Assembly (NCBI GenBank): GCA_964658305.1
Contig: OZ210885.1
Location: forward strand, 10,416,001-10,480,000
Direction of reading: 5' to 3'
Length of the DNA: 64,000 nucleotides
Source: Leptogorgia sarmentosa
Lineage: Eukaryota
The notes beneath the pieces were generated by a model. It made no database searches. It was not told the origin of the DNA and saw only the letters and a list, made by a program, of their open reading frames with translations. Positions 9,571-23,300 of this stretch are shown here, piece after piece. Made by a program: the position numbers and the translations under genes. Every line of letters starts with the position of its first letter. The first letter of the stretch is position 1.

Positions 9571-12500
9571 TTCTCACGTGCTTGTCTACCAAACTCTTTC
9601 CCTCGGTAACACATGACTTATGGTTGAAAATCACGGTAACATCTACTTCACTGTGAGGGGTATTTAACTACCAAATTCTTTGCGAAATTTCATATGCGAA
9701 CTGTCTTTAATTTTTCATTTTTATGATAATTATATTTCCAAAGAAGAGGGACAATACCACCCGAAGATTTTAAATTCATGACGGATTAAAAACAATTTCA
9801 CTTACTGACAACACAAGTTGTGTCGTATTGTGCGCTTCTGTACAGCTACGAACTCACGAAAAAAAACGAATCATATTTTGGTATTTTACTTCATACGGCA
9901 AGTTTCTATTGGTCGTTCAGACATCGCTTTTGAATAATAGCTAAATATTAAATCCAGCGAATAATCTCTTAATCTAATTCTGTTCAACCTGAACTAATCA
10001 TTGCTGCTCTTTGCTCCCACGCAACTTGTGACATAAGTGTCTTCCTGTTATATTGTTCTTCGACCCAGCATTATTCAAGTGAAATCCGCAAACACAATTG
10101 CTGGAACGTTCTCGATATGTGACGACATGTATTTACGTCGTAGAGGTTGAATACAGAAGCGTTTGTCCTTTTAACATCATTGCGAATTCAACATTCGGTG
10201 AGTACTAAAATGTTTTTGAAACTATAATTTCCAGTTTGCACAATAACGTTATAAAATCCCATATAACAAATTCCCTTTCAAAGCACAATATCCATCTGAT
10301 GACGTTGCAACACAATGACAAACAAACATGCCTTTACGCTTCTACCATTCGTGTAAAATCGTCTCAGGTTATGTGAGGGAGTTCTATGTCGCTCTTACTT
10401 TTAATTATCTGTGATTTTGTGAGCCTTGTATTGCACATAAACTTCTCATATCACCACTTAGTCTATCTAAGATATTTGTCATGCAAGAGCGCTTGTTTGT
10501 AAATTAAACTTAATTTATTCAGACAAGATACTGATAAAACTAGACAAGATTTGGATCCCTTTGTAAAAGCTGAGGTCATGAATCAATATTTAATAAATGC
10601 TTTAAAGCTTTTCATTACTATCTGTTCTGATTCTTGGGTGGTTATATCATGGTGAACATACATATGACTGGTGCGTGTTCAATCGCTGACATGTCATGCA
10701 AACAGCGCTACTTGGCACGATTTGTTGAAAATCCTAAATTGAATTGAGCATTGCCAAACAAAGCAGCCTCCATCCTCACTTCGGGCTTATTCAATACAGA
10801 CTTGAGCATGCAATAACCAGGGACCAAACAACAGGTGGACCTTTATTGCTTTCCTGGTTTTCAGCGATATAACTGCAACTTAGCAACGCTCATTCTGTAG
10901 CGCTGTTAGCAAATTTGCTGTTCTTGACTAATTAGGTTGCGACGAAGTCTTCAAATTCATACAAAAGCAAACTTCAATACTAGCAGTGTATACCTCACGC
11001 AAGTTTGTTTACAAGTTTCATTAAAAACTATAGGATATGATTGGCAACATTTCAGTCCGTAAAAGTTGATACATTCTTTCCAGCATAAAACATTCACTGT
11101 TAATTAATCAATACAAGACTGAGATTAAATCGACTGATAGCATGCATGTAAATTGTATTATAGCGGACGTTTTTGCGATTGTTTATTATGCCCTCGGCCC
11201 TCCAGTGTACTACATGCATATTTTTTGTCTAATATAGTGCAATATGGACCGAATGTCCCAAGACAGATAGCACATGCAATCTCAATATCATGCTATAAAA
11301 ATAGTACAATGAAATAAACCTATAAAGGCCTATCCACACGATGTGAATATCTTATACGATTCGTGTTCTGACTTATGGAAATGAGTAGTGATCTCTCATT
11401 CCCTGTTGATTACGTTACGACGGCATTTCATTGTTTCACGCATGTTTACTGCATGTATTCCGTACGCTACAATACAAATCTTATCGTGTAAATGACCTTG
11501 GAAGAATCTCAATACCACGGGATGAAAAAATTCAATACATTGAAATGAACCCAAAGCAACTTGTCGTGCAGTGGAGATATTAAAAATATTTCAAAAAACA
11601 AACTGTGGGATTCTTCAAAGGAATGTAGGATATGTGCTTTCGTTTTAATATTCTCACGTGTATATCTACAAAACTCTTTCCCTCTGTTACACACGACTTA
11701 TGCTTGAAAACCATGGTAACATTTACTTCACTGTGATCCATGGTATTGAACTGTCAAAATCTTTGCGAAATTTCATATGCGAACGTCTGGCTTTAATTTT
11801 ACATTCATATGATAATTATATTTCCCAAGAACAGGGACAATGCCACCCGATGATTTTAAATTCATGACGGATTAAAAACAATTTCACTTAGTGAAAACAC
11901 AAGTTGTGTCGTATTGTGCGTTTCTGTAAAGCTACGAACTCATCAAAAACGAACCATATTTTGGTATTTTACTTCATACGGCAAGTTTCTATTGGTCGTT
12001 CGGACATCGCTTTTGAATAAGAGCTAAATATTAAATCCAACTAATATTATACAATTGAATAATCTCTAAATCTAATTCTGTTCAACCTGAAGTAATCATT
12101 GCTGCTCTTTGCTCCCACGCAACTTGTGACATGAGTGTCTTCCTGTTATATTGTTCTTCGACCCAGCATTATTCAAGTGAAACCCGCAAACACAATTGCT
12201 GGAACGTTCTCGATATGTGACGACAAGTTGAATACAGAAGCGTTTGCCCTTTTAACATTATTGCGAATTAAACATTTGGTGAGTAATAATAAAAGTTTTG
12301 AGACTATTTCCAGTTTGCACAATAACGTTACAAAATGCAATATTACAAATTCCCTTTCAAAGCACAATATCCATCTGATGACGTGCCTTTACGCTTCTAC
12401 CATTCGTGTAAAATCGTCTCAGGTTATGTGAGGGTGTTCTATGTCGCTCTTACTTTTAATTATCTGTGATCTCGTGAGCCTTGTATTGAACATAAACTCC

Positions 12501-13471
12501 AGAAATCACCACTTAGTTTATCTAAGATATTTGTCATGCAAGAGCGATTGTTTGTAAATTAAACTTAATTTATTCAGACAAGATACTGATAAAACTAGAC
12601 AAGATTCGGATCTTTTTATAAGAGCTGAGGTCATGAATCATTATTTAATAAATGCTTTAAAGCTTTTCGTTACTATCTGTACTGATTCCTGGGTGGTTAT
12701 ATCATGGTGGACATACAAATGACTGGTGCGTGTTCAATCGCTGACATGTCATGCATACAGCGCTACTTGGCACGATTTGTTGAAATCCTAAATTGAATTA
12801 AGCATTGCCAAACAAAGCAGCCTCCATCCTCACTTCGGGCTTATTCAATACAGACTTGAGCATGCAATAACCAGGGACCAAACAACAGGTGGACCTTTAT
12901 TGCTTTCAGGTTTTCAGCGATATAACTGCAACTTAGCAACGCTCAGTCTGTAGCGCTGTTAGCAAATTTGCTGTTCTTGACTAATTAGGTTGCGACCAAG
13001 TCTTCAAATTCATAGGAAAGCAAACTTCAATACTAGCAGTGTATACCTCACGCAAGTTTGTTTACAAGTTTCATAAAAAACTATAGTATATGATTGGCAA
13101 CATTTCAGTCCGTAAAAGTTGATACATTCTTTCCAGCATAAAACATTCACTGTTAATTAATACAAGACTGAGATTAAATCGACTGATAGCATGCATGTAA
13201 ATTGTATTATAGCGGAAGTTTTTGTGATTGTTTATTATGCCCTCCAGTCTACATGCGTATTTTTTGTCTAATATAGTGTAACATGGCCGAATGTCCCAAG
13301 ACAGATAACACATGCAATCTCAATATCATGCTATAAAAATTAATACACTGAAGTAAACCTATAAAGGCCCATCCACACGATGTGAATATCTTATACGATT
13401 CGTGTTCTGACTTATCGAAATGAGTGGCGGTCTCTCATTACCTGTTGATTACGTTACGACGGCATTTCATT
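9571..13471. repeat. Tandem array A, left block (~2080-bp unit, ~1.9 copies)
   Basis: ttctcacgtg...aaactctttccctc recurs at 9571 and 11651 with continuous high similarity; no credible coding frame. Confidence 0.92.
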
Positions 13472-14063
13472 AATCCCCTGAGTATAGAAGACCTTGTGTT
13501 CTTGCCCAACCTTAATTCAAAGCAATTAGCCATGTCAGAATACTACATGTAGCTACAGCTAATTTGAATTTGAAAGGGTTCATGATCTCGTTATTTATAC
13601 ACCCGTATTTTGTGGCTATTATGAATTATAAAGATTATCAAACAATTGAAATTGATAGACATTTTTAACCATACATTTGTGCTATACATGACATGCAATG
13701 AATCTACTGGGATTCAAAAATCAATGAAAATTTTACTGTATAGCGTGGAATATTCCCTAATCGGAACAACTTTTTCCCATGATTTCAGCTGGAAAGAGCA
13801 GTCCAAATTTGCAGTTGTGAAATATCGTTATCATATGGAATGACTTCGCAATGACGGTGTGAAAGAGCGTTATAATATTTCGAAAGTATACAAAATTCGC
13901 AAAATTCGCAAGCTTCACATGACTATTGTTTACACAAGTGTGCTTTTCAGATTGAAAATTTGTATTATGATGGTTCAATGAACACGAAGACTTGTTTGAT
14001 ATTTTGGACTTATCCACCGTTTTGGCTAAACGGGCTACGACCAACCGGCCCCTGAGACGTAAC

Positions 14064-14203
14064 TAGAGCGTTAATTGGGGTGTGTGTATATTCATATAAT
14101 ACTACATGTTCTTCTCAACGAAATTCTATTGAAAACAAGTCAGTGGAGAAGAATATGAATATATGAATAATGAATATATGAATATACACTCACCTAACGC
14201 TCA
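14064..14203. mobile_element. Small degenerate MITE-like palindrome
   Basis: gagcgttaattggggtgtgtgtatattcatata pairs imperfectly with tatatgaatatacactcacctaacgctc. Confidence 0.5.
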
Positions 14204-14370
14204 ATCTACTCACTGACTATATTTTCAATAGTTTACCTGCACAACTAAAGGTTAGCGAACGAATAGTCTCATTAACTGACTGATAAACTGCCTTCTAGTT
14301 ACATAAGCTCGGTTGTTGATTGGAGGAGACGACAAAATATGAATTTTCGTCGGTCAGACGTATGTGACAA

Positions 14371-17300
14371 TCACTTACTGTTCGGAAGCTGTTGAGAACA
14401 GCATATTAGAATTTTAGAACCACTACGTAACTCAAGCCGGATAGTATATTTACCGCCGAGAAAGTTAAGGCAAATTTAGTTCTTTGCATCCCAATGCAAA
14501 AAGTACTCGATTCTTAAACCTTCAATTTTCTTATTTCTTAATCTAAGTTCACATTGTAGTTTTGATGATTCGTTTTTGCTGAGCAATGCAATTATTTAGC
14601 CAGTATTACAAAATATCACATGTAAAGAGCGTCAGATGCGATGATCGCAGAAGTAATATCAATTTTATTCATTCTGAGCTAATTTTTTTGCTTCCATGTC
14701 TAATATGCTTATAACCAAGGTTTACGTTTATCAATTTTTGGTGTAAAAATACTGAAAAAAACCCAGATCAAATAGTATACTTCCAAACCTCCCAATCAAT
14801 GATAAATGTTACATGACTTTGAATTGTGGGCCCAGAGGGGGGATTGATCATTTCTGGCCGCATGGTTAACAATTCTGGTGTTGAGCGAATATAGTAAGAC
14901 AAGATAAATGTTCAGTTCAGAATTGCTCGGAAGATTCCAGTATATGAAGCCACAATCGCGCTCCATGGCTTGTGCCGACCTACGTATATCTGTAGGCGGT
15001 ATCTAAAGAATTTACGGGTAAAAAACACTCACTGTATGATACATGGTATGCTATTATTCACGATCACTCAATCACACCGGTCCAATATATTTTGTTATTG
15101 CAAAGCAAATTATATATTTAAATTATCACAGAACCCCTGTGATCTTCAGACAGTTTGATGCCAGTGAGATATATTTTTGTCTCTATCTTGATCGAGTATA
15201 AACCGAAGTATTAACACGGATTGTTCCTTGATATTAAAGCTCTTTTGGTTTAGATTAACGGAATTGAAGCAAGCGATTTAAAAGGTAAAATATTCGCAAT
15301 TGGAATATGACAATATCATAATATGATAATGTCTGTATGTTATTAAATATCGATGTACATGCACGGTCTTATTTGTATATATACAATTTGTGATCCGAGT
15401 TTGTAAGATCTTCACTTTTTAAAGACTATACTTATAAATTAGTTGCCCAATTCAAAGTTTTCATATCCTTTGATTCACAGTGATTTAGCTTCAGCTATAC
15501 CGCACACTGTGAACATTTTACAAATACGTAGGCATGCTTGGAAAATGCTGTACTAAAGAAATACTCCATAATTTTTCTCAATCATATTCGAATTCACATT
15601 TCAATATAAACTGTGGTAAATGTTCCGGTTTAAATCTGATTAGAACCTGTTCCTAATTCCGATCTAACTGATGCAATAAAAATGGAATTTGAGGATGCGG
15701 GAGAAAAATGAAAATTCCCTTTATGTTTTGCAATCATGGAAGTATTTCAAAAATGTGATCATTATATAAATTGAATGTTGAGGCGTAACACAATTTTAGT
15801 GTATTTTGAATTTAATTTGCCCACAAAGTGATAAAAATGCAAAATTATTTACATTATTTACAAAGTAATAAAGGGATAGGGTCTTTGGAAATCCTATTGG
15901 ACTTTTAGGTAAGGCCATATGACATGGGATATAATAAGTAGCTATCGTAATTGCTAAAACAAATATATAGCAGCGTACGTATAATATATTAGAACTATTT
16001 ACATGAAGTAGTGAAAAGATACAATAAAAGGCGATGTAAGTTGTCATTACAATAATATATTTACAGTATTAATTACGTGTAGATAGTAAGTATTGTAGTT
16101 TCATGCATGTATTAATAATTCAATCTGAACTATGAATGCTACACAATTGTGATCAGAAGTAGCTAGTTAACAAAGACGTTTATCCCAAATTACATTTAAA
16201 TTTAAATCAGCAAATGTTTCAAGACATTCGCATATTAATGTTGTCAATAATTGAACCTAAATTTAATCAATTAAATGTGTGTTGTTCTACAGCGCCATTG
16301 ATCTAGAATAACAAGATCTAAGATTCATGCAGCACAGTGTGTTAGCTATGTGTATAAGCTCTAATTTCGCTCTACGGCTGTATGGCCATGTCCATGTTTC
16401 ATATGGAAATGTAGTTTTAATTACTAATGGTCCCTTCATAGTCGAATTCAACAAGTCACAAATTTAGTTCGGCACGGCAGTAACGCAATGTTGAATTCAT
16501 TATTAATTGCTTAAACCAAAACGTAGCTACAAATTATGAATTTATTGGCCTATTCAAAATTAGCATACAACTTGTGTGTTGGGTTTGGTATACAAAATCA
16601 ATGCTGCATGTGAATTTTGGGTTTCAATGAAATTGTTGTGTTTTGCAGACGACAGTATAACATCTCCCTATTACATTTGACTGTATTTTGTTGTTTGCAA
16701 GCCATTTGAAAGGTAAATCAATTCATGTATATCAATTGTTATTGCAAGTTAAAACATCATGGATCTGGCAATACCCGCAATATATCTTGCTCTGGTTACA
16801 AAAGAGTATTTATTGAGGCAACAAGATTTTTTGTTACAGCGCGCGTGCACACAGAGTTTTTTCTAATATATGCTTATAAACAAGGTTTACATTGATCAAT
16901 TTTTGGTGTAAAAATACTGAAAAAAACTGATCAAATGGGATACTTCCAAACCTTCCAATCAATGATAAATGTTACATGACTTTGAATTGAGGGCCCAGAG
17001 GGGGGATTTGATCATTTCAGGCCGCATGGTTAAGAATTCTGGTGTTGAGCGAATAGTAAGACAAGATAAATATTCAGTTCAGAATTGCTCGGAAAATTCC
17101 AGTATATGAAGCCACAATCGCACTCCATGTGTTGTGCCGACCTACGTATATCTGTACGCGGTATCTAAAGAAATTGCGGGGTAAAAAACTCACTGCATGA
17201 TACATGGTATGCTATTATTCACTCAATCATACCGGAACAATATTGTTGTTGCAAAGCAAATTATATATTTAAATTATCACAGAACCCTGTGAACATCAGA

Positions 17301-20300
17301 CAGTTTGATGCCAGTGAGATATATTTTTGTCTCTATGTTGATCGAGTATAAAATCGAAGTATTAACACGGAGTGTTCCTTGATATTAAAGCTCTTTTGGT
17401 TTAGATTAACTGAATTGAAGCAAGCGATTTAAAAGGTAAATATTCGTAATTGAAAATATGTAATGTCTGTATGTTATTAAATATCGATGTACATACATGC
17501 AGTCTTATTTGTATATATACAATTTGTGATCCGAGTTTGTAAGATCTTCACTTTTTAAAGAGTATATTTATAAATGAGTTGCCCAATTCAAAGTTTTCAT
17601 ATCCTTTGATTCACAGTGATTTAGCTTCAGCTTTACCGCACACTGTGAACATTTTACAAATACGTAGGCATGCTTGGAAAATGCTGTACTAAAGAAATAC
17701 TCCATAATTTCTCTCAATCATATTCGAATTCACATTTCAATATAACGGTGGTAAATGTTCCGGTTTAAATCTGATTAGAACCTGTTCCTAATTCCGATCT
17801 AACTGATGCAATAAAAATGGAATTTGAGGATGCGGGAAAAAAATGACAACTCCCTTTATGTTTTGCAATCATGGAAGTATTTCAAAAATGTGATCATTAT
17901 ATAAATTGAATGTTGAGGCGTAACACAATTTTAGTGTATTTTGAAGTTTTATTTGCCCACAAAGTGATAAAAATACAAAATTATTTACACTATTTACAAA
18001 GTAATAAAGGGATAGGGGCTTTGGAAATCCTATTGGACTTTTAGGTAAGGCCATATGACATGGGATATAATAAGTAGCTATCGTAATTGCTAAAACAAAT
18101 ATATAACAGCGTACGTACAATATATTAGAACTATTTACATGAAGTAGTGAAAAGATACAATAAAAGGCGATGTAAGTTGTCATTACAATAATATATTTAC
18201 AGCATTAATTACGTGTAGATAGTAAGTATAGTAGCTAGTTTCATGCATGTATTAATAATTCAATCTGAACTATGAATGCTACACAATTGTGATCAGAAGT
18301 AGCTAGTTAACGAAGACGTTTATCCCAAATTACATTTAAATCAGCAAATGTTTCAAGACATTCGCATATTAATGTTGTCAATAATTGAACCTAAATTTAA
18401 TCAATTAAATGTGTGTTGTTCTACAGCGCCATTGATCCAGAATAACAAGATCTAAGATTCATGCAGCACAGTGTGTTAGCTATGTGTATAAGCTCTACTT
18501 TCGCTCTACGGCTGTATGGCCATGTCCATGTTTCATATGGAAATGTTGTTTTAATTACTAATGGTCCCTTCATAGTCGAATTCAACAAGTCACAAATTTA
18601 GTTCGGCACGGCAGAAGCGCAATGTTGAAATAATTAGGTCATTATTAATGTGCTTAAACCAAAACGTAGCTACAAATTATGAATTTATTGGCCTATTCAA
18701 AATTAGCATACAACTTGTGTGTTGGGTTTAGTATACAAAATCAATGCTGCATGTGAATTTTGGGTTTCAATGAAATTGTTGTGTCTTAATTGCAGACGAC
18801 AATATAACATCTCCCTATTACATTTGACTGTATTTTGTTGTTTGGATTGACGGAGTTGAAGCAAGCCATTTGAAAGGTAAATCAATTCATGCATATCAGT
18901 TTGTTTTTGAAAATTAAAACATCATGCATCTGGCCATACCCGCAATATATCTTGCTCTGGTTTCAAAAGAGTATTTATTGAGGCGACAAGGTGTCTTACT
19001 CACAGAGTTTTTTCAAGAGAATTCTTTGGATTGTGTGATATAATTATTCAAGCAATGGTGCGTCATCTTTGTGATCATATTTCAGCATACTAGAGCATAG
19101 TCGTGGTTGTCGTTTCAACCTAATCAGAACCTCTCCCTAGTCCTAACCCTAGCCAACCCAAGCTCTAACCTTATCCTGTTCTGTCGGATGCAATAAAAAT
19201 GAGATTTGTGAAAGGTGAAAGCCGTATAATCAAACGTCGCTTTGTGTCTGGGTAAGATTATTTGAATGATGTGATTACTAAATCTGACGAAATCATGATC
19301 AACAAATAATTTATATACGAAAATAAAAAAATATATGGTATACTGCGGATTGAAGAGTTAATTAACTCAAAAGTTCAGCCGGGGAAATACCATATTTGTG
19401 AATTTCATTCAATTGTTCTGTGGTTTACTCAAGCTAAACTGCATGTGAAAAGTACTAAATAAGATCCAAGATTCAGCACATTGTCCTACGGATGTGCGAC
19501 AACAGAATTTTATTCTATACTTTCGCTCTATGGCAATATAATGGGTACATGCATGTTGTATACAAAAGTACATGAACAATGTTAGACCTATAGTCATATT
19601 TGTATCAACCTTTTAACGGTAGGGGATTATTAATGAACTTGACATAATTAAAATAGTTATAAAAGTGACGGAAACACAACAAAAGCCTTCACTGCATGGT
19701 GTATTGAAACACTGTTGGTCATTTTAAATCACTTAAGTCTAGAACAATCTTGTTATTCAAGGTATATTATGTATAGAAAAATAAAGATGATTAATTAGCT
19801 TCGTCTCAATAGAATTTTCCTGTCTTGCAGATGAGGGAACGAAGCGCAGTATTGTTGTGTGAATTGATGGTTGTATATTAAAATATCGTCAAGATTCACC
19901 AAATTGAATTGAGCGTCGACAAAGGTGATTATTTATCATGTTATTGCTTTAGTTTGTTTTTCAAACTGACAATATCATGTTTTATTCTTATTTGTCATCA
20001 TTTACATATATTTGTCGCTCTCTGCGAGGACATCACAAATATTCAAGTATCAGTTATTATATATAAAGCAAACGTAGGAAGGGATCTGATAAAACTCGAC
20101 TACAACAGCTTGAAATGGCTTAAAAAGCGAGCCATGTTTATGAGTTCAATATTCAAAATTATAACTTCGTCTTAACTGAGAAAATTAAAGCTAAAGTGAA
20201 TACAAATTAACATAAACGTTTATGACATACTTATAATAAACAATTATTGGATGAGGCTGAGCATGATATCAAGAATTATTCAGACCGAGGTCATGTTATC

Positions 20301-23300
20301 TGCCGAAGCGAAGCTGAAGAACTAAAGTGATAATCACTTACTGTTCGAAAGCTGTTGAGAACAGCATATTAGCAATTTACAGGAAATGTACTATATTATA
20401 CTAACATGCAGCTGCTAGTGCGAATCAGAACCACTACGTAACTCAAGCCGGATAGTATATTAACCGCCGAGAAAGTTAAGGCAAATTTAGTTCTTCGCAT
20501 CCCAGTGCAAAAAGTACTCGATTCTTAAACCTTCAATTTTCTTATTTCTTAATCTCAGTTCACATTGTAGTTTTAACGATTCGTTTTTGCTGAGCAATGC
20601 AATTATTTAGCCAGTATTACAAAATATCAAATGTAAAGAGCGTCAGATGCGATGATCGCAGAAGTAATATCAATTTTATTCATTCTGAGCTAATTTTTTT
20701 GCTTCCATGTCTAATATGCTTATAACCAAGGTTTACGTTTATCAATTTTTGGTGTAAAAATACTGAAAAAAAAACAGATCAAATAGTATACTTCCAAACC
20801 TCCCAATCAATGATAAATGTTACATGACTTTGAATTGTGGGCCCAGAGGGGGGATTGATCATTTCTGGCCGCATGGTTAACAATTCTGGTGTTGAGCGAA
20901 TATAGTAAGACAAGATAAATGTTCAGTTCAGAATTGCTCGGAAGATTCCAGTATATGAAGCCACAATCGCGCTCCATGGCTTGTGCCGACCTACGTATAT
21001 CTGTAGGCGGTATCTAAAGAATTTACGGGTAAAAAACACTCACTGTATGATACATGGTATGCTATTATTCACGATCACTCAATCACACCGGTCCAATATA
21101 TTCTGTTATTGCAAAGCAAATTATGTATTTAAATTATCACAGAACCTTGTGAACTTCAGACAGTTTGATGCCAGTGAGATATATTTTTGTCTCTATGTTG
21201 ATCGAGTATAAACCGAAGTATTAACACGGAGTGTTCCTTGATATTAAAGCTCTTTTGGTTTAGATTAACGGAATTGAAGCAAGCGATTTAAAAGGTAAAA
21301 TATTCGTAATTGGAATATGACAATATCACAATATGATAATGTCTGTATGTTATTAAATATCGATGTACATGCAGTCTTATTTGTATATATACAATTTGTG
21401 ATCCGAGTTTGTAAGATCTTCACTTTTTAGAGAGTATATTTATAAATGAGTTGCCCAATTCTAAGTTTTCATTCATATCCTTTGATTCACAGTGATTTAG
21501 CTTCAGCTATACCGCACACTGTGAACATTTTACAAATACGTAGGCATGCTTGAAAAATGCTGTACTAAAGAAATACTCCATAATTTTTCTCAATCATATT
21601 CGAATTCACATTTCAATATAACTGTGGTAAATGTTCCGGTTTAAATCTGATTAGAACCTGTTCCTAATTCCGATCTAACTGATGCAATATAGCTAAAAAT
21701 GGAATTTGAGGATGCGGGAAAAAAATGACAACTCCCTTTGTGTTTTGCAATCAGGGAAGTATTTCAAAAATGTGATCATTATATAAATTGAATGTTGAGG
21801 CGTAACACAATTTTAGTGTATTTTGAAGTTTTATTTGCCCACAAAGTGATAAAAATACAAAATTATTTACACTATTTACAAAGTAATAAAGGGATAGGGG
21901 CTTTGGAAATCCTATTGGACTTTTAGGTAAGGCCATATGACATGGGATATAATAAGTAGCTATCGTAATTGCTAAAACAAATATATAACAGCGTACGTAT
22001 AATATATTAGAACTATTTACATGAAGTAGTGAAAAGATACAATAAAAGGCGATGTAAGTTGTCATTACAATAATATATTTACAGTATTAATTACGTGTAG
22101 ATAGTAAGTATTGTAGTTTCATGCATGTATTAATAATTCAATCTGAACTATGAATGCTACACAATTGTGATCAGAAGTAGCTAGTTAACAAAGACGTTTA
22201 TCCCAAATTACATTTAAATTTAAATCAGCAAATGTTTCAAGACATTCGCATATTAATGTTGTCAATAATTGAACCTAAATTTAATCAATTAAATGTGTGT
22301 TGTTCTACAGCGCCATTGATCTAGAATAACAAGATCTAAGATTCATGCAGCACAGTGTGTTAGCTATGTGTATAAGCTCTAATTTCGCTCTACGGCTGTA
22401 TGGCCATGTCCATGTTTCATATGGAAATGTAGTTTTAATTACTAATGGTCCCTTCATAGTCGAATTCAACAAGTCACAAATTTAGTTCGGCACGGCAGTA
22501 ACGCAATGTTGAATTCATTATTAATTGCTTAAACCAAAACGTAGCTACAAATTATGCATTTATTGGCCTATTCAAAATTAGCATACAACTTGTGTGTTGG
22601 GTTTGGTATACAAAATCAATGCTGCATGTGAATTTTGGGTTTCAATGAAATTGTTGTGTTTTGCAGACGACAGTATAACATCTCCCTATTACATTTGACT
22701 GTATTTTGTTGTTTGCAAGCCATTTGAAAGGTAAATCAATTCATGTATATCAATTGTTATTGCAAATTAAAACATCATGGATCTGGCAATACCCGCAATA
22801 TATCTTGCTCTGGTTACAAAAGAGTATTTATTGAGGCAACAAGATTTTTTGTTACAGCGCGCGTGCACACAGAGTTTTTTCTAATATATGCTTATAAACA
22901 AGGTTTACATTGATCAATTTTTGGTGTAAAAATACTGAAAAAAACTGATCAAATGGGATACTTCCAAACCTTCCAATCAATGATAAATGTTACATGACTT
23001 TGAATTGAGGGCCCAGAGGGGGGATTTGATCATTTCAGGCCGCATGGTTAAGAATTCTGGTGTTGAGCGAATAGTAAGACAAGATAAATATTCAGTTCAG
23101 AATTGCTCGGAAGATTCCAGTATATGAAGCCACAATCGCACTCCATGGCTTGTGCCGACCTACGTATATCTGTACGCGGTATCTAAAGGAATTGCGGGGT
23201 AAAAAACTCACTGCATGACACATGGTATGCTATTATTCACTCAATCATACCGGAACAATATTGTTGTTGCAAAGCAAATTATATATTTAAATTATCACAG

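Noticed and set aside
19136..19175. Telomere-like cctaaccct tracts (also ~26835 and ~28130)
   Set aside because: Only 1-3 imperfect units; better explained as repeat-element microsatellites than interstitial telomeres.
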